A stretch of 64,000 bases of DNA from Lama guanicoe (taxonomy: Eukaryota): contig MU054323.1 of the NCBI GenBank assembly GCA_013239625.1, positions 2,716,161 through 2,780,160 of the forward strand, given 5' to 3'. Positions 27,070 to 39,243 of the stretch are shown here, piece by piece (the stretch's first letter is position 1; each line of letters begins with the position of its first letter). Position numbers and translations under genes: made by a program. The notes beneath the pieces were generated by a model, which worked only from the letters and a program-made list of their open reading frames with translations, was not told where the DNA came from and searched no databases.

Positions 27070-27872
27070 AATGCCTGTAAAATAACCGTTTATTTAATAT
27101 TTTTAAAAACTCCAGTGATAAATGTCCGTTACCGATGGTCAGCATAAAGTGCCAATCGCAATACATCGCCCTGCTCCTAGCCGGCTGCTCGCTCCGGGTG
27201 ACAAGGCAGCGGAGCATGGGAGCCGGAGGCCAGGCCCTCTCCAGCCCCGGGGCCTCAGGCCCCCGCCCCGCCGTGGGAGTCCGGGAGCCCACCGCCCCCT
27301 GCGCGGCGGGAGCTGGGAGGGGCGCTCCCCGGCCCAGGATTCCGGGGGCCGGGTGGCTGAAGCAGATACAGGGATTACACTTTTGCAGGCTCCCGGGGGG
27401 TGAGGATGGGGGCGGGAGGAGGGGGGTGGAAGCTGCGAGAGCACAGAACTTCTTTTCCTCTCCCCTCTCTCTCTCCGCAGTCAAGAGTTACAAGCTTATA
27501 TGGTCAAAGAAAAAAATAATAAAGAAAACGTATAAAATAACAATAGAAAAAGTAATACTTCTGGGAGAGGCGCCGCTGCGGCTCCGCGAAGCTTTCGTTC
27601 TTTTTTTAATGCAGTTTCCCTTCCGCCACGTGAGTACCGCCTTTTGGCCAAGAGTTTAGCCGCGTCCTGGGGGAGCCGCCCGGGCGGCCGGGGTCACGGC
27701 CCCGAGGCGGGGCTCTGGAGTTCCGCGTGCGCCCGGGACCCAGGGGACGCGTTTAGGGTGGGGGAAGGTCCAGGGAGCCCCTCCCGCAGCCCGCCAGAGT
27801 CGCCTTCGGCTTCTGGACCCTCTGGAGGAGGGGGCAGCGTGACCCAGGGTCCTGGTGACCCGAAGGCTCTAT
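27070..27872 (-). other. OSR1: OSR1 3'UTR
   Basis: Runs from the stop codon to the first AATAAA (27094-27089). GC-rich with one U-rich block at ~27495-27560. Confidence 0.8.
27089..27094 (-). terminator. Polyadenylation signal AATAAA of OSR1
   Basis: TTTATT on the + strand in an AT-rich patch ~780 nt downstream of the stop codon. Confidence 0.8.
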
Positions 27873-28298
<426 letters not shown>

Positions 28299-28344
28299 TC
28301 AACACTGAAGGTGAGTGAGGGGACCTGGGTGGGACACTTTGCTG

Positions 28345-28522
28345 AAGCTATGCTGTCCAGGACTGTAGCCATCAGCTATGTGTCATTACTAAAATTACAA
28401 TTAAGTAAACTGAAAAGTAGTTTCTCCGTAACACTAACTGCCTATTTCAAGTGCTCAACTGTCACACGTGTCACGTGTCACACTTTCCATTATCACAGAA
28501 AATTCTATTGTACAAGCGCTGC
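28345..28522. mobile_element. MER3/MER33-like hAT element in OSR1 intron 2
   Basis: GCTGTCCA...TATTTCAAGTGCTCAA...TTTCCATTATCACAGAAAATTCTATTGTACAAGCGCTG termini. Confidence 0.7.
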
Positions 28523-28764
28523 GGATGGAGGAAGCTGTGAGTGCCTGAAGGGACTTTAAGTCCTACTCATCCCATGTTCTCTCCACCCATGCTCCAGGAG
28601 CCCTTCCTTGAGCCTTGTATGCTTTCATTCGAGATGTGGGGAACCCCGGAAACTCAGGAGGCTTGGAGTCGGCAGGGGGTCTCAGAACCTCCTCATTAGG
28701 GAGGATGGTGAGCAAGAGGCAGACAGAAGGCTCTCTTTTGCCTCCCCCCGCCCCAGTACCGCAC

Positions 28765-29432
28765 CTGTGGTCTCGTAGGTGGTCTTGCCTCCGGAAGGCT
28801 TTGTGGCAGATGTCGCAGGTGTAGGGCCGCTCGTCTGTGTGCGTCCGCTCATGGATAAGGAGGTTGTAGGACTTAGTGAAGTGGCGGCCACAGAATTTGC
28901 AGACGAACTCCTTCTTGGTTTTGGAAGGCAGGCGTCCCCTCGTGGGCTTCTTTTCTGGGGACAGCTTGGTCACATCCAGGAGGGCGCCCAGCCCACCGGC
29001 GGGGGAGCCGGGACCCTCCCCGCGGCCGAGCTTGGACGGATCTTCTTGCGTGGCGGCCAAGGCCAGGTTGGCAAAATCAAAGCGCGGCTTAGTCTTGAGC
29101 GCCGCGGGGCCGCTGCCTCCAGCGGTGATCTCGGGCTTGGGCTGGATGACATGAGGGAACCAGGGAAATGCGGGCAGCTGGAAGCGCGCGTCCACCAGGC
29201 TGGACACGGCGCCGGGCACTTTGGAGAAAGAGGACCGGGGCAAGTGCATGGCCGGGTAGCCGAGCGTCCACTGGTGCAGGTGCACAGCATGCAATGCACT
29301 GAAACCATACAGGTTGGGCAGGTGGTCCGAGGGTACCGTGGGCAGGCCGTTCACTGCCTGAAGGAAGGAGTAGTTGGTGAGCTGAAGGGATGGATGGATG
29401 GGCACCGGTGCTGGCAAGGTTTTGCTGCCCAT
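28765..29432 (-). CDS. OSR1: OSR1 coding part of exon 2 (N-terminus, [10 protein letters not shown] box, zinc finger 1 and most of finger 2)
   Basis: ORF 28563..29432 reads [25 protein letters not shown]...[53 protein letters not shown], recognisable as OSR1. Strong Kozak ACCGCCATGG. Donor CACAG|GTGCGG at 28765/28764 (668 nt, phase 2). Confidence 0.98.
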
Positions 29433-29464
29433 GGCGGTAGTCTCACTATGTTCTCAATCTCGAT
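29433..29464 (-). other. OSR1: OSR1 exon 2 5'UTR portion
   Basis: Long polypyrimidine tract and acceptor TTTTCCTTGCAG|ATCGAG at 29465/29464, 32 nt upstream of the ATG. Confidence 0.9.
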
Positions 29465-32400
29465 CTGCAAGGAAAAGGAGAGAGGAGAAGGGGGAGAGGA
29501 AAAGAGAAGTTCAGGGTAGGTGCCCTCCTTCTGAGTTCCAGCCCAGCCACACCCTCTGTCCCCCAGAGCAGGAGCTGGGAGTCTAAGACCCCACCCATGG
29601 AACTCACTGCCCTCACAGGGAAGACAGGAATCCTCTCTTATCCAAGGACTCATTCCAAATGGCCTCTGGCAGAGACACACAACTTGATACAGAAACCAAA
29701 CTAAATCCTATGCAAAACAACCAACTTAAAATGAGGGTCTACCGTGTACAGGACACTGAGAAAGGCAGAAGCACGGGGAAACTGGCGTGTAAAGACTTAC
29801 ATCCAGGCAAGCCTGAGTCAACACCGAATTACACTCTCCTGCAAAGATAACAGAAACTTGGAAGCACACTTACACATTCATGTGCAGATAAACAAACACA
29901 GAAATGCACACTGACAGATAAACACAGATTCACACATTCTGAAGCAGAGATGACAACAAGGTGCAAAGATAAACTGGGATGACCAGTATTGTGCTCCTAA
30001 ACAAAATACAAGAAGCAGAAGGAGCACACACACACACACAGAGGATCACACTGTACCTACAAAGAGCCTCACAGACAGCACACGTATAAACCCACACATC
30101 TCCCCGGCCCTGTGCATTAGCTCTACTATCTGACCTTCAATTTGGCTTCTAGAAGCCACGTCATCTTTCTCCTTACGACTCTCAACTCTGACCTCCAGTT
30201 TGCTTTTCTGCCTCACTATTAATGAGTCCTTCTGACACCACCCTCTCTGCAGCTGCGTGCGTGGACTCCCTTCCATAGCCCTTGGGGATGGATCACCTTT
30301 GTTTCTGCGAAGACACTGACACCCACAATTATTTACTAACTCAAACATCGGCAGTCACCTAAGAGGGGGCTTCAGCATCCTCCCTACCTGGTAGAGAAGA
30401 GAGGCAGGGCCTTTGGGTTTTCAGGATGTTTGTGTGTCTGGTGGGCCCCCTGGCCAGGTGGGTTGCCAGGGAGCAAGAGAGTTGAGGCTGGGCCTCAGCT
30501 GCTATGGGCTATGCACCCTCCAAATGCAAGGCCAGAGGGAAGCGGTGTTGATGTTATGAGCAGGCTGGTACCTCCTGGCCTCCTTGACCCTTAGTCAGGG
30601 TCCCCAGCCGCTGTGGACAGGTCTGGACTCTGTAGAGAGAACTTTCAGGTCGATGCCTCCCAGACACTCTTAACTCAGGTTTGTCCAATGAAGGCATAAA
30701 CAAGAAAAAAGAAAGCCGACATGACACAGGAGCCCTGGGGAGGCTGAAGTGCTGAACGCCAACTCAAGGTGTCCCTGTGGGAGCAGAGTGCTTGGGGTGC
30801 ACTTCTCCTTTGCCTGTCTCAACTTGCCCTCCTTCCTTTACTCCTTATTTTCCCTCTTCTCTTCTTCAGATCTTTCCTCCAAACTACAGTGAATCCCCAG
30901 CCCTGGGATGGGCAGGGCCCTGCTCTGCTTCCTCCTTCACAGCTCACTCGGACACTACCCCGCCTAGCTTATCCTGAGCCCAGGCCCCTAAGGCTCAGGC
31001 CTAGACTCAGCTGCCTCTCACTACTGGGAAGCTTTTAATGAGAGGGCAGTGCTGTGCTGTTCCCCGGAAGAGAGAGGACAATTTTGACCGAGAAACCCTT
31101 TCCCTTGGAAACCCTGGGGAAGGTCAACTCGCTGTGTGGTGGGAGGTCAGGAAAGAGGTTTAGCCGTGGGTAGAGGGTGCAAAACACCGAGAGCCCACAG
31201 AGATTTGCTTGTGCAGGTTAAAGTAGCAGTCGAATAAAAACCAAGTCAGACCGCAGCAATTAATGCAGCCTCCAGACTAAGGGAGGCACAAATCTGGGAG
31301 CTCAGACCCAGGCCGCAGTGCCCTGGCCTCCGCACTTCTCTACTGTGTGGATCAGGGGTCAGACCAGGGACAACCCGAAACCATCCTACAGCGCTGAGAC
31401 ACGGCGAAGCAAAACTCGAATTGGGTCAGAGAGAAAGCTGGAGCCTATTTGGGTTGGGAAGGGGGAGGGGGTATAAAGAGGTGACTTCAAAGGTCTGCCC
31501 AGACTTAGGCGAGGTGAGCACTCTTTGATTTGCTGTCACCTCTCCTTCCCTTTCAGGCGCTGGAAATCAGATCCTTATCTCTGGCTCCCCGGGGCCCGCC
31601 GGGCGCCGCCGGGCCCTCCACTGGTTCCTCTAGCTGCTCGGCCCATCCCCGGCGATGGCGGCTGGACGCTGGGCTGCACCCGGGCCCGAGCCCCAGCCCG
31701 AGCCCGCTCCTTGCAGGGCGGGAGGTCCCACCAACCGCACGTGCTAACCTGGCCTTTCCTCGCCCACCCCCGGGAACGGAGAAGACCATGGGCTCCGTAA
31801 AGAGAGGGGGGGCTTGCAGCCGACACTGTTCTCGGGAGCCAACCTTTCCGGGCTATCTGCCCGATCTTGTTTCCCCCAACACTCAATTTATTTTCCTCAG
31901 CGGCGCAGCCAGTTTATTTTCTGCCGCATTCCGAGGCCAGGGCTCCCCAGGCTCTCGCCAACGACTTTCCCGGGGACGAAATTCGTTCGAAACGTGGCTC
32001 TCTACACTAGTATTACCAAGAATGGGCCGAATGCACGATCCGGTTTCAGGCGGTCAGCTAAGAGAAAAACACAGCCTCACACTCGCCTCTCCCGCCGGAG
32101 AGGAAGAGCAAACGCCCAGCCCCGCTGGCTCCCGTTGCCCTGACCCCAGAACCCCAGCGTGAACGCTTTAGATCTTTAAACAGGAGACGAAACACCTCTC
32201 CCCAGGCCCCAGGCCAGGCATCCATTCGGCAAGGAGTTTGGACCTCGGAACCTGGAAGGTGCGGGTAAAGGTGCCGACTAAGCGCAACAATCGCAATTCG
32301 CGCTTCCAAGCCCGGGTCTCCACGCGGTGCAGACACTGTACACCTTCTGCGGTGGAGCGCCAACCCCGGGTCTGCCGCCAGCCCTATGTCGGGCATTAAT

Positions 32401-33929
32401 GAAGTGTGCAGAGTCTATTAAAGTGGTTTATTCGGGGCTAATTGAGCGTGAGCAAGTTAACTGCTTGCATTAATGAGGACGGAGCAAGCTCCACGAGCTT
32501 GCGCCTGGAGGAGCCCAGCAGCAGCCCCAGAAAATCATCCTTGACATCGAATCACCGCGGTGACAGGCGTCTGGACCCTCGGCGGGAGGACTGACCAGCA
32601 AGAGATACTTCTGTTTAATTCTCCCAACGAACAGATCGAACGAACCCTTCGGCTAGGCGGCCACCCTGCTGTATTTAAATGACCACTGCGTCCTTAGCGA
32701 TCTCCTGCCCAATCATATTGAAATCGCAATTACTTCAAGGAGCCTCGGGTAGAACATCTACCCACTGGTCGCCCTACACCCGCCCCCCTGCCCCCCGCGT
32801 CCTTGCCAGCCCCCTGTTCTCTAGGAGACCGTGAACCTGGGAGATTAACTAGCCTTGCACGTGGTTTCTGTTCCCAAGAGCCAGCGCGCAGCTCTTAGCC
32901 CGGGTGAAATTTACCAAATTGTGGCAACAAAGAAACCGTCGCAGCTACTCTATACTCCAAGAGCCTGCCGCGCCAGTAGCCGAGATGCTGAAAAGGGACT
33001 TGCTGTGAGTTTTCATTTCTCTTATCAGAGAAGTTTCAGGAGAGAAGTCAGTTCAGCAGGCAGCCCCTTACCTCTTTCCCTCTCTCCTCCTGCTCCCACC
33101 TATTCTCCTGAAGGGAGACAGTCAAGGGAGCAAACGAATCCTTCCCTTCCAAGCCCGAAACTGGGGACACCCGCGGCTCCACAGTGTTTCCACTACTGCA
33201 GCGTGCGGGTCTTTAATTGGGAAGTAGTTTTCGCGCCCCCTGCACTCTTCCTTTCGCGGGGACAGTCGCACGTTACGCTCCAGGCCCTGACCGCACAGAG
33301 CAATCATCGGATAGAGAACACTCCGAAGTCAGAGCGCAAGTGCGAGGCGGGGTCAGGCACGCAGCCCTGCGCTCCCGGATCCAGCCGACCCCATACCTGA
33401 GCGCAACTCCGCAAAAGACAAACTCGCACGAAAGCGCGACCCGGCTGGGGCATGCACCTGTCCCTGGCGCGGGCGGCTGTGGCCGTGGCCATCCATCTAC
33501 TCTCTCTTCCTTCTTTGTCAGCTAAGTTAGGTCAGGCTGAGCTAGGCGCGCGTCTCGAGAAAGTTTGTGCCCGCAGAAGTTGCTTAGGTTTCTCAGAGGG
33601 GGCCCATAGGCTGACTTCCTAAGTCCACGGCACTTCGCCTGGGATTCCACGAAGCCCCGCCGCGCTGGGGGCAGTAGTGGAGGCCCGCCCCCTCATCCCC
33701 CAGGGTCAAAGGCCGAGGACTCCGCGCGGGAAGTCCCTGAGCCAGCACCCTCAACCACCCTGGGCTGCAGCTGCTCTTACTCTCACAAAGGTGCTGCAGC
33801 CTTCGTTAGGCAAGAGGAGCTTCTTTCCGAGACATGGAGAGAGGAGACACCCGACGCGCTGTGACAGGAGACTCCGGATTCCTGCCCGCATTCCCCTAGC
33901 CAAGCCGGGGTGCCCAGAGCTGCAGTTAC

Positions 33930-34207
33930 CTTATTCCACGGTGGTCCGGGTGCTGAGCGCGTCTCTGGGGCTCTCGCTGCGGGGGACCCAGGAAGCCAGA
34001 GGCGCTGGATTCCACAGGCACCCCCGGAGCTCTAGAGTCCCGGCCCCTCTCTGGCTGCTAGGACTCGGAGCACCCGACACGCGGGAGCGCTCTGCGGCCC
34101 CAGAGTCCTGTCGGCCCGGCGATGGTGAACCTCTCTCGCGGCTCCTACGGTGGGTCTGAACCCGGAGCCGCTGAGAACGTACAGGGGAGAGACGGAGCTG
34201 CGACTCA
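33930..34207 (-). other. OSR1: OSR1 non-coding exon 1 (5' end approximate)
   Basis: Donor GAATAAG|GTAACT at 33930/33929 inside the CpG island. Intron of ~4.5 kb fits the recalled human gene layout. No upstream ATG in the exon. AT-rich TATA-like element ~30 nt upstream. Confidence 0.75.
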
Positions 34208-34234
34208 CTCACCCCTTAGCACCGAGCCGCCTAC

Positions 34235-34244
34235 TTATTTTAAT
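34235..34244 (-). promoter_or_regulatory. TATA-like element of the OSR1 promoter
   Basis: ATTAAAATAA on the minus strand in otherwise GC-rich sequence, ~30 nt upstream of the inferred exon 1 start. Confidence 0.5.
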
Positions 34245-34263
34245 CCACCACCCTCCCTCCTCC

Positions 34264-34916
34264 NNNNNNNNNNNNNNNNNNNNNNNNNNNNNNNNNNNNN
34301 NNNNNNNNNNNNNNNNNNNNNNNNNNNNNNNNNNNNNNNNNNNNNNNNNNNNNNNNNNNNNNNNNNNNNNNNNNNNNNNNNNNNNNNNNNNNNNNNNNNN
34401 NNNNNNNNNNNNNNNNNNNNNNNNNNNNNNNNNNNNNNNNNNNNNNNNNNNNNNNNNNNNNNNNNNNNNNNNNNNNNNNNNNNNNNNNNNNNNNNNNNNN
34501 NNNNNNNNNNNNNNNNNNNNNNNNNNNNNNNNNNNNNNNNNNNNNNNNNNNNNNNNNNNNNNNNNNNNNNNNNNNNNNNNNNNNNNNNNNNNNNNNNNNN
34601 NNNNNNNNNNNNNNNNNNNNNNNNNNNNNNNNNNNNNNNNNNNNNNNNNNNNNNNNNNNNNNNNNNNNNNNNNNNNNNNNNNNNNNNNNNNNNNNNNNNN
34701 NNNNNNNNNNNNNNNNNNNNNNNNNNNNNNNNNNNNNNNNNNNNNNNNNNNNNNNNNNNNNNNNNNNNNNNNNNNNNNNNNNNNNNNNNNNNNNNNNNNN
34801 NNNNNNNNNNNNNNNNNNNNNNNNNNNNNNNNNNNNNNNNNNNNNNNNNNNNNNNNNNNNNNNNNNNNNNNNNNNNNNNNNNNNNNNNNNNNNNNNNNNN
34901 NNNNNNNNNNNNNNNN
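34264..34916. other. Assembly gap (653 N)
   Basis: Run of N flanked by C-rich low-complexity sequence. Confidence 1.
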
Positions 34917-37439
34917 CCCTCCCCTTGCCTCAGGATTCCTCTCCTCCCTCCCTCCACGCCGCACCCCCCCCACCATCCTGCCCTGCGCCTGCGCACGAGA
35001 AACAAAGTTTTGCTGACCCGGGCAGCCGACTTTGGCAGCGGCGCTCGCTTGGTCCCGGCCTCCCGGGACTTGTGTCCCCTGCTCTTCAGTCCTATGCGAT
35101 CTTTTCTGCGTTTTTAAGCCCACGAGATCACCCCAGGAGCACTACAGGAAACATCCTCTAGCAGATGAAATCGGGCTGAAACCGCGCATTTCGAGATCCC
35201 CTTACTGCGCGCCTAGGACACAGCCTGTTCAAGGTTCAGGGAGGTGGGGGCGGTGCATCGGTATCCTTGCGCCTTAGCTTGCGCTCCAGCACAGTTTGGC
35301 CCCGGCAGGGTAGCCTCTTCTACCAAAACCCCTACTTGTGTGGAGCAGCTCCTGGACATCCAAGACTGCTCAGCGCTAGGATGGTAACCCAGAACCCAAT
35401 GCCCATGGCTGACCCCAAACCCTGGGTTATGTAGTTCGCCAGAAAGATCAGAGGCAGAGGGTGGGGGGAGGAGGTCAAGAAAGTTATTTTCCTAGATCCC
35501 AAAACCTAGCATCCACACCCTCTAATCATGCATTCATTTGTTCTCTCATTCCTTGAAGAGAGCAGCACAGGCACGCGATTCAAACTGCAAAGTTCTTCAG
35601 CTTCAGGACCTTTGAGTCCAAGGAGCTGGTTCAAGTGGTGTTTAGGATCTAAGTGGGGTCAGAGTTCTGGCTTCGAGAAATTCTGTCTTCACTGGTTATG
35701 CTTTAGGGAGAGGGCTGGTACCCTCCTGACTGCTTGGCTCTGAGCGCTGACCTCTAGCTGACCCCAGCCCACAACCCTCCTGGCCACCTCTCGGGAACAG
35801 GCGGCCCTGGGTTCCCAGAGGAGGAGCTGGGCTTTCCAGCTTGTGTGGGTCCAGATTTACACCACTGCACTCCTGGGGTTTGGCCTAAGGCTGCTGCCCA
35901 GTGACCCCTCTGAGCCCTCAGGTCTGGATCCTGGCCTTAGTGCGTCTCTAACATATTGGTACTGTGTCCACTTTGTGCAGCTTCAGTCTGCAAGTCTGAG
36001 CTGACTTTTTTAGAGTCCTGATTCCCTGACCTACGGAAGTGGTAATTGGAAATGGCCCCAGAAGAAATAGGCATCCTGGTCTTATCCCCAGACCTTTAGA
36101 ACAGAACCTGGCCTCCAGCTCCTAGGCAACTTTGGCTTGGGCAGGGAAGAGGAAAAAGGGGTGCAGCCTTTGCCCCAAGGGACTGCACTCACCCCCTGCC
36201 ACAGGTTAGTGCTAGAGTGAGGGACCCATATCAATTTGCCTGTGCTGCTGGAATCCTAGTAACTGCCAGCATGGGGAGACATTCTGGCCCTTGGGAGGCC
36301 CCCTGGGAACAGAGGGAGCTGAGATCACTCCCTTTCCTGAGATTCCAAGGCAGCAAGTTCCAAGAGCAGAGGAAGGCCTGGAAGGAAAGTCCAGCAGGGC
36401 ATTCTTGGATGGTAGTGGGACTTTGGGCCAGGGAATCTGTATGCACTAGTCTCAGGCTCTCCTAGGAGACAAAGCTTGGGAGCTTTCATTACCAGCAATG
36501 AAAAATCCAGAGTCTTTCACAGTGGGGCATCTGGCTGTCCAGATCACATGGGAAATGTTCCCTAAGAAGAAGACATTCAAAGAGGATGGAGCCTTCTGTG
36601 GTTTACAAACCCCATCTCTTGCTCAGACCTCCACACATGTAATTGTGCTTCCTCCGTCTTTTCATTTGCCTTCCTCTGAATCAGGGCCCTTGGCCAACAT
36701 GTCTCAAAGACTTCTAGAAATCTCCACAAAAGTGGGATCCATAAAGAGCTCTTGGAGAGAGTATTTAGGGATCCTAAAGAAAGGGTCATGCAACCAGGTT
36801 GTTTAATGCCACTTTTGCCAGGTTATTTGGAAAACTGATCCTGACTCAGGCCAAATCCAGAAACTTAGCAGGTGTAGGGCAAGATGGGAATGCAAGGCTG
36901 GAGTTGGCCCCTCATGGCCCAGCCTCTCAGGTTTTGCCTCTCGGGTGGCCTCCACTGGAGCTGGTCTGCAAGGTATGACAGGACAAGATGAGAGAGAGGT
37001 GCAGGACAGTGGCATCGCCCAGCCTTGGGCCTGTTTCAGACACCTGGCTTCAAGGACATTCCTTCTAGTCTCGGACACTGAACAACCCCAGACAACCAGG
37101 ATAACAAATTCCAAGATTTGCTAATTGCTGGAGAGTCCTCCATCCCAATCTGTGCTCCCAAGGAGGGTGAGCCCAAAACCCTGACCTCAGTCTCCAGTGG
37201 AGACCGATCAGATCCTAGCTCCCTCTGGACCCACATGCAGAAAGAAACCCAAGAAGCCAAGAAACCCTCTGCTGCTCTGTGCGAGGGGTGCAAAGGGGGC
37301 ATCCCCTCCCTCATTAGAAGTTGATCAGACTAAGCTGGGTCCATATTGCCACACTGCACCTGGACTGCAGCTTAGATAGACTGAGGAGAGCAAGACTCAG
37401 GACACCTAAGGGCTACCAGGTTACTTTTCAGCGAAGGCA

Positions 37440-37990
37440 GATTCATTTAGAATTTCACAAGGACGTTCGAATGTGGTAAACGTCCTCGGTCTGTTGGACC
37501 CAATCGCCCTGTGGCCTCGGAGCCCAGTGAAGGTGGCAAAACTCCAGTATGATCGCCCATCCCATTCCTGGGCGTCCAGCGCAGTCGCCTCCCGCGGCTG
37601 CAGCCTCTGCTCACTTTGAACCTGCGGGCTCCATCTGGGGACCAGACCCCGCGCAAACTCTGTCACTGTTCCTTACGGCTCCCCTACTCATCGCTTGCCG
37701 CCTGCCGGGAGGAATCGCGGGCGCCGGAGTCTGGGACCGAGCAGCCTTGAGGAAATGCCCCCATGGGAGTGACCAGGCCTCCCGGTCCGAGTTAGTCGCC
37801 ACTAGTGCCGGTGGGGTCCAGCATGGAACCATACTCGGGCCGGCCCGCGGCACCGAGTCGTTAGCTGTACTGTCCCCAGCCGCGGAGGGAGCCCTCGCCG
37901 CTGCCGCCTTTCCTGGGCAAGTCTGGGTTGGTGACAGCCTCTGTGGGACTCCCGGCCCCAACCCCAGACCCTCTCCCGACTCCTGCTTGC
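37440..37990. promoter_or_regulatory. Upstream CpG island
   Basis: High CpG density ~3.5 kb upstream of OSR1 exon 1. Confidence 0.65.
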
Positions 37991-39229
37991 TGGGAAGGAA
38001 AGTGCCCCAGCCTGGCTTTGGAGTGAACATTGAGCAGTTTCCAGAAAATTAACTAGAACGTGGCCCATTTTGCTCTGGGGTGTTTTTGGATAAAAAATGA
38101 ACCTCACCTCTCCTCACTTCCCAACCACACTAAAGTGACCTCATTTTTTAAAAAATGAAATTTACTTAGTACTTGCGAACTTTTGCTTCCAGCGCAAGCT
38201 TTCCTGTAACTACTTTGTGGACAACTGGGGGTCTGCTCATTTGACCCCCCTTTAAGCATGTAGAGCTTTCAAATAACCAAGAGATTTAGGTATCCCTCTG
38301 TAATCATTTAGATGATGGATTGTAATGGCTCAATAGTTCCTCTGGAACCATTACGATCAATCAGATCAAAATCCAGCTTTGCGGGAAGTTTTTAAGCGGG
38401 GAGGTATGTAACACAACATCCACCCACACTTGTGCAGATAACACGCTCTGATAAGGTACAAGCAACTCCAGGGTCTTAGGAGAATAGATCCCAGGTGAAC
38501 CCAAGCGCCAGTGTTTATTGTGACAGCGACAGGCAAGTTACAGTATCAAAACTGAAAGGGAAAGTGAGCTGTTTTCCCAGGCAGTTCCCGTTTCCTGAGA
38601 TCTTTATGAGCACATAAGTATCTTGTAACTATTTGTCACCTTAATAAATAAAACAATTCACACATGCATATATATCTACCCTTGGTTTACGAGAAGACTT
38701 AGGAAGCACGAAAATTCCTGTGGAATTTCATGAACTCTGGCCACACTATCACCGGTAAAATGGAATGAAAATCACGCCTTAAATTGTGAGGATCAACTGT
38801 GAAATGTGTGCAGAAGCTGTGGTCAGTCTTTACTTTTTGTACAAATATGAGTTGCTAGAATTACTTTCGACAGATCTACGTTCTGAGATTACTGAATTTG
38901 CTTTTTATCCGAAGGTGGAAATAAATGTATTAGAAAGGACACAGTGTCTAATCAAACTGCAGATGATGAAGAAAAGTTATTTTAACGGAATTATGTATAG
39001 TCAGGGGGGAACCCTGCGGACAGAATTACCTTACTACACCCGCGGCGCTACGTCTTTGACAGGCTACACAGGCGGCGGTCGGCGCTGGAGGAATGAGCGT
39101 TCGCGGTAATTAATTTCCAGACACTGGAGGGTTATTATCTGCATAGCGATTTCCGGTGAGGGATCTCGGAGCAAGTCTGGCTGCGATGTTTTTTATCCAG
39201 AGATTTGGGGCCGCAATCCTAAAGAAAAC

Positions 39230-39243
39230 GCGCCACCTGCTGG
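39230..39243 (-). promoter_or_regulatory. Candidate CTCF site
   Basis: Minus strand CCAGCAGGTGGCGC closely matches the CTCF core motif and lies in a CpG-rich patch (38990-39860). Confidence 0.6.

Larger units (their letters stand above)
31300..35330. promoter_or_regulatory. OSR1 promoter / intron 1 CpG island (interrupted by the gap)
   Basis: Dense CpG and high GC. NRF1-type site TGCGCCTGCGCA at 34984-34995. Confidence 0.85.

Noticed and set aside
28563..28764. C-terminal extension of the 289-aa ORF (CGTGAGGGK...)
   Set aside because: Read-through into intron 2; the zinc finger is completed only by splicing to exon 3.
28779..29519. 246-aa ORF antisense to OSR1 exon 2
   Set aside because: Expected shadow ORF of a GC-rich coding exon, with no recognisable homology.
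31530..33400. ORFs of 210 and 181 aa in intron 1
   Set aside because: Same GC-island effect, with non-ATG starts and no homology evidence.
34122..35123. Long ORFs of 256-331 aa
   Set aside because: Artefacts of translating through the N gap.
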